Shown piece after piece: positions 9,618 through 17,958 of a stretch of DNA of 64,000 bases. The stretch spans positions 28,414 to 92,413 of the forward strand of contig JAVJSW010000011.1 in NCBI GenBank assembly GCA_040219255.1, written 5' to 3'. The notes beneath the pieces are model-generated. The model made no database searches. It saw only the letters and a program-made list of their open reading frames with translations, and was not told the origin of the DNA. The position numbers were made by a program, and so were the translations under genes. This DNA comes from Sumerlaeia bacterium (GTDB lineage Bacteria; Sumerlaeota; Sumerlaeia; SLMS01; JAHLLQ01). Each line of letters opens with the position of its first letter. Position 1 is the first letter of the stretch.

Positions 9618-11120
9618 ATGGTGCGCGTACCGCTCAGGACCCTTCCGCAGGCCTTCATTCACCTGGTCGTCCTTTTCGCTTTGCTCGCCTCCCACCTCCC
9701 AGCCCAGGGGGACCTCGCCGGTTTGCTGGACGAGTGGGAAGGTACCCCGAAGGAGGACATTGCCGACCGGGATCAGTGGATCGAGCGCTTCGAGGTTTTC
9801 CTCTCGATGCCCCACGCGGAAGCCGACGAGCCGCACGCCCGGATGGCCCTCGGCGGGCTCTACCTTGAGGAAGGGCAATATGCCGCGGCGCGCGATCAGT
9901 TCGACCGGGTGATCGATCATCCGGAAGCTTATCCAGAGCAACTGATCAACGCGCACGACCTGGGGGCGAAAAGCGCCTTCGAGGCGCGGGCGCCGCTGCC
10001 CGAAGTCCTCGCGTACTACGACGCGCTTCGGGAATTCCTGCCGGAAACCGTGGGCATGCAAGAAGCCTACCGCAACACGCTCCTCTACGGAACGGAGCAG
10101 GTGAAGGGCGAAGTGGCCGAGCAGTACCTGGCGCGAGAGGTGGAGCAATCTGGCCCGTCGGACTCGGCGCGCGATGGTTTGGAACTGGCGACAAGCGCCT
10201 ATCGCCGCTCCGCCGACCTGTTCCGCGAGCGCTTCGAGTCGGGGCAGGTTCCAGACGGTTTTTCGGAAACGCTGCTCAGGCAGAAGTTCATCATCGGCCT
10301 GGAGAAGCTGATAGCGTTGCGGGACAAAGCCGACCGTGAATGGCGCCTTTTTCCCACCACCGAGCACCAAGTGCAAAATCGGGAATTCGCACTCAATACG
10401 CTTCTGGAAGCGGCCTCCCTGCCGAGCGGCGTTCCCCAGGAACTGGGCGATGAACTCTACGACACCGCCTACGCCCTCTACGAACTGACGGGCGACGGCG
10501 ACGCATTCGTGGCGAATGTGAACCTGGCTTTGTCGATCAGCGAGCCGGGCCACGGGTTGATCAACAAACTGACGCGTTTCGCCACCGGTGCCACGGACCG
10601 GGGCGAGGTGGGTTTGGCGCTGCCGCTCCTTCAACGAATCGTCACCTATCAGGAAGAAAACTTCCCGGAGGACCACGAAACCTACGGCACCTACAAGTGG
10701 GCCGTGGTGGCGCTGATCGACACGCACTACCGGCTGGGAAATCTGGCGGCTGCGGAGCAGGTCGGCGAAAAGGCGGATCGCTTGGTTTTCGAAGGCGGGT
10801 ACCTGCAAGAGTACTACGGCAAGATGGAGGAGCGGCTGGGCAAGTCCCGCAGCGAGGCGGTCGGCGGTCTGGGCCTGGAAGTGCGGCACGATACGCCCCC
10901 GCTGACGAAGACGGAAGGTTCGGAGGAGGAACTTGCCACCCCTCCCTCCGACCCCGCCGCGCAACCCAAACCCGCCATTGCCGCGCACTCCGCGTCGGCT
11001 TCGCCGCCGGGCCGCAGCCGGATGAATCTGCTGCTTGTCGGGTTCGCCGCGGCCGGGGCGGTGCTGGCCGTGGCGCTGTTCCTCCGGAAGCGTCCGGCTA
11101 CTTCCTCAGCCCGGCGCTGA
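9618..11120 (+). CDS. Exported TPR-like helical protein with C-terminal membrane anchor
   Basis: Signal peptide, TPR-like ARMALGGLYLEEGQYAAARDQFDRVI, Pro-rich linker, TM and basic tail RKR. Confidence 0.75.
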   Translation: MVRVPLRTLPQAFIHLVVLFALLASHLPAQGDLAGLLDEWEGTPKEDIADRDQWIERFEVFLSMPHAEADEPHARMALGGLYLEEGQYAAARDQFDRVIDHPEAYPEQLINAHDLGAKSAFEARAPLPEVLAYYDALREFLPETVGMQEAYRNTLLYGTEQVKGEVAEQYLAREVEQSGPSDSARDGLELATSAYRRSADLFRERFESGQVPDGFSETLLRQKFIIGLEKLIALRDKADREWRLFPTTEHQVQNREFALNTLLEAASLPSGVPQELGDELYDTAYALYELTGDGDAFVANVNLALSISEPGHGLINKLTRFATGATDRGEVGLALPLLQRIVTYQEENFPEDHETYGTYKWAVVALIDTHYRLGNLAAAEQVGEKADRLVFEGGYLQEYYGKMEERLGKSRSEAVGGLGLEVRHDTPPLTKTEGSEEELATPPSDPAAQPKPAIAAHSASASPPGRSRMNLLLVGFAAAGAVLAVALFLRKRPATSSARR

Positions 11121-12351
11121 GGCTGAAAATCGGCGTCAACATCGCCACCACAAGCAACCCCATCACCACCCCGACGGCCAAGATCAGGAGCGGCTCCAGA
11201 TAGGTGAGCAGCTTCGATACTTGCTCGTTGGCCCGTTCTTCCATCGATTCGGCAGTGTCGAGGAGCAAGGCGGACAATTCGCCCCCGTTCTCGCCGATGC
11301 TGACAAGGTTGAGCACCGATTCGCTGAAGATGTTTTGGCGCCGCATCTCCGCCGAGAGGCGGTGGCCCCGCGACACGCCTTCGAGAATCCGTTCCGCCGC
11401 CAGGCCGAAAACCGAGTTGCCTCCAACCTCGGCGCAGATGCGTAGGCTCTGGGGAACGGGAATGCCGCTCTGCATCAAGATCCCCAGATTGCGCAGAAAA
11501 GCCGCTTCCTCAAACTGCCGCAGCACCTGGCCCCAGGCCGGCAGTTTGAGCCGGAGCGCTCCCGCGGCGGGGGTCTTGGCGAACCGGATGGCGCCAGCCA
11601 CCAACGCCACGAGGCCTAGGATCACCGCCGGCAGCAGCCAAACCTTGTGCCGATCGGCGATTTGTCCCACCCCGAGGAGCAGATCCGTCAGCCACGGCAA
11701 ATCCGCATCGATTTCCCGGTACATCGAAACGAAGCGCGGCAAGATGAAGAAAATCATGATCAGGACCGAGAGGATTCCGAAACAAAGCACAAACGAGGGG
11801 TAGGCGACAGCGTGCCGCACGCGGGCCTTCAGCGCGATTTCCTGACGCAGGGAAGAAGCGATCCGCGCCAGGGACTCGGCCAGCATCCCGCCATACTCCC
11901 CGGCCCGTACGATGCGCACCTGAAAGGTCGTGAAACACCCGCAGGCGGCCATCGCGGCGGAGAGCTGCTGACCCTGGCGAACGCCCTTCGACAGTTCGCC
12001 CGTTATCCGCCGCATGTTGCCCTTGTTCTCCTTTTCCAGGCTCCGCAGTGCGCCCTCGACGTCCATTCCCGAACGCAGGAGTGAGGACATGTTGCGGGCA
12101 AAGGCCATGACCTCGGCCTTCGTTGGCCGCGGCAGCGCGGCGGAATCACCCGACAGCCGCGAAATCTTTGGCCCCAGGCGGGCGAGCAGAGGCCTCAGCA
12201 GGCCCCCCGGCGAGGCGGCGTCGGCGATTCGCACCGGCAGCAGACCTTCGCTCATCAGCCGCGCCGCGAGAGCCTGACGCGAATCCGCCTCGCGCTCCAG
12301 GTGGCGGTCTTCCCCGGAATAGGTCTTAGCGTGTACGATGAACAGCGGCAT
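11098..12351 (-). CDS. gspF: Type II secretion inner membrane protein GspF/PilC
   Basis: Two T2SSF repeats (LLRSG, AGEYGG.L, AVAYP; GENGGEL, LEPLLIL, MLTPIF); GGAGG RBS before ATG 12351. Confidence 0.93.
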   Translation of the reverse strand: MPLFIVHAKTYSGEDRHLEREADSRQALAARLMSEGLLPVRIADAASPGGLLRPLLARLGPKISRLSGDSAALPRPTKAEVMAFARNMSSLLRSGMDVEGALRSLEKENKGNMRRITGELSKGVRQGQQLSAAMAACGCFTTFQVRIVRAGEYGGMLAESLARIASSLRQEIALKARVRHAVAYPSFVLCFGILSVLIMIFFILPRFVSMYREIDADLPWLTDLLLGVGQIADRHKVWLLPAVILGLVALVAGAIRFAKTPAAGALRLKLPAWGQVLRQFEEAAFLRNLGILMQSGIPVPQSLRICAEVGGNSVFGLAAERILEGVSRGHRLSAEMRRQNIFSESVLNLVSIGENGGELSALLLDTAESMEERANEQVSKLLTYLEPLLILAVGVVMGLLVVAMLTPIFSLSAGLRK

Positions 12352-12453
12352 GGCCACCTCCTGCCTTCACGGCCGAGCCGGCCGGGGAGAATCGACTCTC
12401 AGCGGCGGACCGCTCGATCGGCTCACGTTTCCACCGGTCGTCATCGCGTCCGC

Positions 12454-14058
12454 TCATTCCTGGCCCCTCGAAGCGGAAGACTTGTTTCGTCTCGCGGCGC
12501 GGAGGCGCTTGAAACCTTCGATCAAAACCGTCGTCTCGCGAACGCGCAACAAATTCAACAGAGCCCCATAGATCAGCAAGGCCAGAAGCAGCCGAGTCCC
12601 TAGCGAAGCCGCGCCCAGCAGAAAACCCGATCCGGCGGGAAGGGGGACCAGTTCGACGATGCCACCCGCGACAAGAACGCAAAACGCCACCTTGGCGCAA
12701 AAGAGGATCGCGCTCCGGTAGGGAACCCGAAAATCCAGCCGCCTCAGAAAGAAAATCAGGGTCGCCACTTTGACCGCTCGCGCGATCGGCAGATACAGCG
12801 CCACCCCGGCGATTCCAAAGACCGGTGTCAGAAACCAGATCCCGACAGCCCCGGCGAACACCCCCGCCAACCCGCAACCCACCGCCAGCACAATCCGCTG
12901 ATGGCCCTGGAAGTACGTCACCAGCACCATCTCCAGAGCGAAAAACGGCATCCCCAGCCCCAAGGCCAGCAGGGCCGCGGAGGTGACGGCGATGGAACTC
13001 TCGCCGAAAGCACCGTCGCCGAACAGCAGCGCCACGATGGTTTCGCTCTCCAAAACGTAGAAGACCGCGGCGGGCAGGAAAAGCACGAACAGAATCCGCG
13101 CAGACCCCACCAGATACGCCCGCGACAGGTGCAGTTCCTTTCGCTCGGCGAAATCGGAAAAATACACGAAAAGCACCGCCGTCAGCGAAGCGGGAACCAG
13201 CATCAGCGGCAGGTCCACCAACACCTGGGCGAACATCAACCCCGACACCGTGCCCGGCGGCAGCCCCGACGCCATGCGCGTCTGAAAGGCCCGCCCCGCT
13301 TGACTGACCACATTCCCCAAAATCGTCGGCCCCGCCAGCGCCAAAATCGCCCACACCGCCGGAATCCGAACCTTCAAAGTGGCCCATTCGCCGAACCGCT
13401 TCCAGTGATAACCCGACAAAACCAGCAAGGGCACCAGCGCGGAAAGCCAATAGGCGACCACCAGAAAACTGAATCCATTGCGGATCACGAACAAAAACAA
13501 GCACGCGATGAAAACGATCTTCTGCATGTGATCCGCCGAAGCGGCGAATTCGAAGCGCTTCTGCACCTGGAGCGATAAAGAAAACAAGTATGTCGTGCTG
13601 ACGATAACGGACACCGGCAGCAGCGATTGCACCATCTCCACCGCCAATAACTGCTTGGATGCTGAAAACCCGGGGGCGAAGAATCGCACAATCTCGCCGG
13701 TGAACAAGTAGCCCGGAACCAGGACGAAAGCGCCCGTACCCGCCACCAGCCAGAAGGCGGCGGAGCCCGTGGCGGCGGCATTCTCCCGGCCACGATTCCG
13801 CGCCGAAGACAGCAACGGAATCAAAGCCACATGGAAAACGCCCTTCAAGAAGAAGCTGGCCATCAGCGAAATTTGCAACGCCAAAAACCAAACATCCATG
13901 GCGTCGCCCGCGCCGAACAGGAACGAAAGAGTCTTCTTTTCGGCAAAACCCAGCAAGCGCAGCAAGACCACCAGCAGGCTGAGAGCGACAGAGGAATAGA
14001 TAATACGTCTGAGCATGGAACGAATTTCTTGCCGAAAGTACCGCTCTTCCGCCGCCAT
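12454..14058 (-). CDS. MurJ/MviN-family MOP flippase (divergent)
   Basis: RLLGF..FGAG..D N-terminus, FAPGF, LF..GAF..S; many TMs; alternative start at 14016. Confidence 0.82.
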   Translation of the reverse strand: MAAEERYFRQEIRSMLRRIIYSSVALSLLVVLLRLLGFAEKKTLSFLFGAGDAMDVWFLALQISLMASFFLKGVFHVALIPLLSSARNRGRENAAATGSAAFWLVAGTGAFVLVPGYLFTGEIVRFFAPGFSASKQLLAVEMVQSLLPVSVIVSTTYLFSLSLQVQKRFEFAASADHMQKIVFIACLFLFVIRNGFSFLVVAYWLSALVPLLVLSGYHWKRFGEWATLKVRIPAVWAILALAGPTILGNVVSQAGRAFQTRMASGLPPGTVSGLMFAQVLVDLPLMLVPASLTAVLFVYFSDFAERKELHLSRAYLVGSARILFVLFLPAAVFYVLESETIVALLFGDGAFGESSIAVTSAALLALGLGMPFFALEMVLVTYFQGHQRIVLAVGCGLAGVFAGAVGIWFLTPVFGIAGVALYLPIARAVKVATLIFFLRRLDFRVPYRSAILFCAKVAFCVLVAGGIVELVPLPAGSGFLLGAASLGTRLLLALLIYGALLNLLRVRETTVLIEGFKRLRAARRNKSSASRGQE

Positions 14059-14601
14059 CCCGGACCGCGAAGCTTCGATCTAGCCGTGAGCAACTGCGAA
14101 AGCCCCACGAACCAAACTCAATTCCCATAACGTGCCAAGTCCCATTTGCCCATTCCCCAGGGCGGAACCCGGAACTTCTGCGCATAGTTGAACTCACACA
14201 GCTTAGCGCCCCGGTGCAGGGAGACCGCAAAGCTGAGGAAAGAGGCCGGGATCGACCGGAGGCAACGGCCGGCGGGACTTGCGCCCGAACTCCGCCGCGC
14301 CAAAGGCCGCACCGCCCCGACCCGCCAAACATCCGCGCCCGCCCCTCCGCCGCTCCGGCTTGGCAAACGCGCCCCTTCATCCTCGCGGCCGCCCCAAAGG
14401 ACGCCGTCATCGCCTCACAGCGCATCGCATTCATGGGAGTGACCCCTTCTTCTGTCCAACATGCGCGGGCCGGAAAGGGAGCGACGCCGCCCCCTCGCCG
14501 AACCCGCAAGATGGGAGGAGTGTGGGGGAGAGGCCAAAATTCGGCGCGTGGGAAACCCGTGGGTTTCTTCTGGGTTTTAACGGTCTCGGGGGTGTAAAAG
14601 G

Positions 14602-14742
14602 GTAACACGAGCGTCCCGCCCGTGGTCCGCCAGCGGTCTGCTACGCCCGATTGTGTTATCAAACCGCATCTTCTGGGGCAGCCAAGAGCAGCGCGTGAAG
14701 GAGAAATGTCGCCGCCGGACAGGGGCGAGACGCCCGTGCTAC
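14602..14742. repeat. REP-like inverted pair (REPIN-like)
   Basis: GTAACACGAGCGTCCCGCCCGTGGTCC (14602-14628) versus GGACAGGGGCGAGACGCCCGTGCTAC (14717-14742), imperfect reverse complements, each internally palindromic. Confidence 0.65.
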
Positions 14743-14806
14743 TCAGAGGAGGTTTGTTGGAATCATAGCACAGGCGCTGCTGCCCGTAAGCCGAACCCCA
14801 CCAAGC

Positions 14807-14835
14807 AAAAAAATCCCCCCGGCATAACCAGAGGG
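14807..14835 (-). terminator. Intrinsic terminator of tRNA-Ala
   Basis: Minus strand CCCTCTGG-TTATG-CCGGGGGG then ATTTTTTT, about 23 nt past the tRNA CCA end. Confidence 0.7.
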
Positions 14836-14858
14836 CCTTCAAATCACACAAGTTAGAA

Positions 14859-14934
14859 TGGTGGAGCGAAGGGGAGTCGAACCCCTGACCTCAGCATTGC
14901 GAACGCTGCGCTCTACCAACTGAGCTACCGCCCC
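14859..14934 (-). tRNA. tRNA-Ala (anticodon CGC)
   Basis: 76 nt GGGGCGGTAGCTCAGTTGGTAGAGCGCAGCG-TTCGCAA-TGCTGAGGTCAGGGGTTCGACTCCCCTTCGCTCCACCA; G3:U70 pair, encoded CCA. Confidence 0.97.
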
Positions 14935-14950
14935 ACTCGCAAGGGAGAGG

Positions 14951-14980
14951 AGTGTTCGAAATCGGGGGGGCGGCTGTCAA
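14951..14980 (-). promoter_or_regulatory. Probable sigma70 promoter of tRNA-Ala
   Basis: TTGACA-18 nt-AACACT directly upstream of the tRNA. Confidence 0.5.
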
Positions 14981-15146
14981 GGGTGAAGGCGGGTCGTGGC
15001 GCGGAATTTTGGAGGGTGGGGTTGGCGGAGGCGGCGCGGTGTGCGACAATAGGATTGCGAGGCGGGGCGTGGTGGCGTCAGGGTCCTCCGCCGCCGGGCC
15101 CGCAAGGCGCGGGCGCGGCGAGGCGACTTCTTGCGAGGGGTGCTCT

Positions 15147-16250
15147 GTGAGTTACCGGGAAATCAATCGGCTGTGGAACACGGTGCTGTCGAGCGCGGAC
15201 AAGCTGCTCGACCGCGACCGCATGCTGGGGCGGCCGCTGCGCATTCACATCGAAGTGAACGACTTCTGTAACCTGAAATGCCCCCATTGTCCGCGCGAAA
15301 ACCCGGACATCCCGAAAAACACGGGCCACATTCCCATCGAGGCGGTGCGCAATCTGGCGCCCTGGTTCAAGAAGGCGAACTACGTGGGGCTGGCGGGCAA
15401 TGGCGAGCCGTTCCTGCACCCGCAAATCATGGATGTGCTGCGGTGCGTGACGGAGAATGGGGCGGCGCCTTCGGTGATCAGCAATGCGACGCTGTGGAAG
15501 AAGTACGATTATTTCCACGATCTGGTGCGGCTGGGGCCGATGCTGTTCATGGTCAGTTTCGACGGCGGGACGAAGGAGACCTTCGAGAAATGGCGCAAAC
15601 GCGCGAATTTCGAGGAGGTGCAGGAAAACCTGATGCTCCTGAAGGAGGCGAAGGAACAGGCGCGTTCGCCCCATCCGGTGGTGAATTTCATCGTCTGCCT
15701 TATGCGCGACACCATCGGCGAGGTGGAAAACATCGTGGACATCGCCGCCAAATCGGGCGTGTCGGTCGTGCTGTTCCAGAACATGTACCCGTATGTGGGG
15801 TCGCTGGAGAAGGAGCGGGTCAAGGACCTGGCGGAGTGCAACGCGGCCATCGAGCGCGCCCGCGCCCGCGCCCGCCAGCACGGCATCCGCATCGATTACC
15901 TGCCGATGAGCATGGACGTGGACGATCGCTCGGCGCCCGCCGCGAACGGCAACGGCAACGGGGCGAAGAAGAAAGCCTATCATTGCGACAACGTCTGGCA
16001 GCAGATGCACGTGACGGTGAAGGGCGAGGTGAAGTTCTGCTGTTTCTGGACCGAGGGCGCGGTGGGCGACCTGACGAAGGACGACCTCGGCGATCTCTGG
16101 AACGGCGAGGAATGGCGGGCGCTGCGGCGCGACCTGCGGTCGGGCAGGAAACCGGGGCCCTGCGTGAACTGTCACAACCTGCAACTGGTGGACAAGAAAG
16201 CCATCGCCAAGGCCTCGCTTCAGGAGCTGAAGGACCTGGCGAAGCGGTAG
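15147..16250 (+). CDS. Radical SAM / SPASM(twitch) domain protein
   Basis: CNLKCPHC, GNGEPFLHP, VSFDG, C-terminal C..W..G.V..CC..LWNG..C..C; GTG start inferred (ORF track opens at 14952). Confidence 0.9.
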   Translation: MSYREINRLWNTVLSSADKLLDRDRMLGRPLRIHIEVNDFCNLKCPHCPRENPDIPKNTGHIPIEAVRNLAPWFKKANYVGLAGNGEPFLHPQIMDVLRCVTENGAAPSVISNATLWKKYDYFHDLVRLGPMLFMVSFDGGTKETFEKWRKRANFEEVQENLMLLKEAKEQARSPHPVVNFIVCLMRDTIGEVENIVDIAAKSGVSVVLFQNMYPYVGSLEKERVKDLAECNAAIERARARARQHGIRIDYLPMSMDVDDRSAPAANGNGNGAKKKAYHCDNVWQQMHVTVKGEVKFCCFWTEGAVGDLTKDDLGDLWNGEEWRALRRDLRSGRKPGPCVNCHNLQLVDKKAIAKASLQELKDLAKR

Positions 16251-16317
16251 GTTTTCGTTGCCGGTGGGCGGGCGGGGGCTTAGTCTGGTGGCGAGATTGC
16301 GCGGAGGTTCGCAAACG

Positions 16318-16923
16318 ATGAGCCCGACGACTGTCGCCACCGAGCCGGAACTGAAGGTCAACCGCGTGCTCTTCACGCGCGACGAATACCACCGGATCGC
16401 CGCTTCCGGGGTTCTCGACGACCGCCGGGTCGAGCTGATCCGAGGAGAAATCGTTGAAATGAGTCCAATGGGATCGTCCCACATGTGGGTCCTGAATCGA
16501 TTGAACGCGTTTTTCTCCACCCTGTACCAGACCCGTCAGGCGATCTCTTCCAACCAATGCCCCATCGCCGCCTCCGGCATCTCAGAGCCCCAACCCGACC
16601 TGTGCCTCGTCTCCCTCGATTGCGAGCGGCGCCAGGAAATCCCCACGGCGGCCGACATTTTTCTCATCATCGAAGTCTCCGACAGCTCCCTTGAATCCGA
16701 CCGCCGCCTCAATGGCCCCCTCTACGCCGAGGCGGGCGTCGCCGAGTACTGGATCGCCAACATCGCCGACCGCTGCCTGGAAATCCACCGCGACCCCGAT
16801 CCCGCGCACGCCGTCTATCGCCAGCGCCTCATCGTCCGGGGCCAGGAGCCTATCGCGCCATTGGCCTTTCCAGAGATGACCATCCTGCCAGACCGGGTTT
16901 TCGGCAAAGAGGCTGACCAGTAA
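16318..16923 (+). CDS. Uma2 family (DUF820) endonuclease
   Basis: RVELIRGEIVEMSP..H, EPQPDL, LIIEVSDSS..DR, YAEAGVAEYWI. Confidence 0.92.
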   Translation: MSPTTVATEPELKVNRVLFTRDEYHRIAASGVLDDRRVELIRGEIVEMSPMGSSHMWVLNRLNAFFSTLYQTRQAISSNQCPIAASGISEPQPDLCLVSLDCERRQEIPTAADIFLIIEVSDSSLESDRRLNGPLYAEAGVAEYWIANIADRCLEIHRDPDPAHAVYRQRLIVRGQEPIAPLAFPEMTILPDRVFGKEADQ

Positions 16924-16942
16924 GGCGGCCGAGGGGCAAGCC

Positions 16943-17764
16943 TCACGCGCGCGCCCGGCGCAACACCGCCATGCCCTTATCCGCCGGGATGCGATCGATC
17001 AGTTCGAGACCGAATTCTCGCTGCCAGCGGGCGACGATCTTGGACTCGTCGCGGCGGTTCACGTCGTCGAGCACCACGAGGGCGCCGGGCGCCAGGCGGC
17101 TGGCGAAAACCGGCAGGGCGGGGTAGCGGGCTTGGCGGCGGAGTTTGCCCGGGGGGCCATCGACCAGCAGGAAATCGATGGGGCCTTCCACGGCGGCGAC
17201 CGAGTTGATGGCGTACCAGGGCCAGGGGGATTTATCCGTCAGCGTGATCGGAGCCAGCGGCGCATCCACCACTCGGGCCCATTCGTCGACCCGATGGCGG
17301 CGCAGTAAATCGCGTGTCTGCTCAGCGAAGACCGGGTCGTTTTCCAAGGCTGTGACGCATCCGCCAGCGCCCAGATTTCTAAGCATCGCGGCGAAAATCA
17401 CGGTGGAAACGCCGCTGCCGCACTCCACAATGTGGCGCGGTTGGGCGCCCTGGACTAGCGCGGCCAGGTGCAGGGCGCCCTGCGGCGTCAGACCATAGCC
17501 CCTCAGCGAAGGCAAAACGGCGCGAAAACCCCCGGCCAACGCCGACAGGCTCGCCATCGCCTGGGCGTCGCGGTCGGCCATGGCGGGCGTCAGGAAACGG
17601 GGCGGCACCTGGGCCAGGGCGTAATTGACCCAGTTCTGAAATCGCCGCAGCGGACCCTCGGCGGAAAGTCTGCGGCGAGATTTGTCGCGCAGGGTGGAAA
17701 CCGGCCGTTCGGCCGCCACGCGGGGGGGTGAGAGAGGGATTGAAGAGGTGGTGAAGTCCGACAT
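16943..17764 (-). CDS. Class I SAM-dependent methyltransferase
   Basis: IVECGSGVST, ALEND, IDFLLVDGPP, PGALVVLDD. Confidence 0.88.
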   Translation of the reverse strand: MSDFTTSSIPLSPPRVAAERPVSTLRDKSRRRLSAEGPLRRFQNWVNYALAQVPPRFLTPAMADRDAQAMASLSALAGGFRAVLPSLRGYGLTPQGALHLAALVQGAQPRHIVECGSGVSTVIFAAMLRNLGAGGCVTALENDPVFAEQTRDLLRRHRVDEWARVVDAPLAPITLTDKSPWPWYAINSVAAVEGPIDFLLVDGPPGKLRRQARYPALPVFASRLAPGALVVLDDVNRRDESKIVARWQREFGLELIDRIPADKGMAVLRRARA

Positions 17765-17958
17765 GCAGTCTGCCCAATCGGGGTGAAACGGGAGAACTAC
17801 GCTCCCAGGACGGTTTTATTCACAGCCCCGGCTGCTTGGCGCAAGGAAGCAGTTCGAACCGATTCGGGTTCGCTTCTCCTTGCGCTGTCATAATCACGCG
17901 CTAGCTTCAGGCTCAGTTGCGTGAACCGTCGAATTTTTGTCTGCAAAGGAAAACACTC

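Noticed and set aside
12326-14851. 841-aa minus-strand ORF overlapping the MurJ gene in another frame
   Set aside because: Arg/Gly-rich and motif-free, and runs through a terminator and REP pair; stop-poor frames are expected at high GC
14807-14934. tRNA-Ala as an integration site for a T2SS island
   Set aside because: No integrase and no duplicated tRNA 3' end seen in the window; the tRNA has its own terminator
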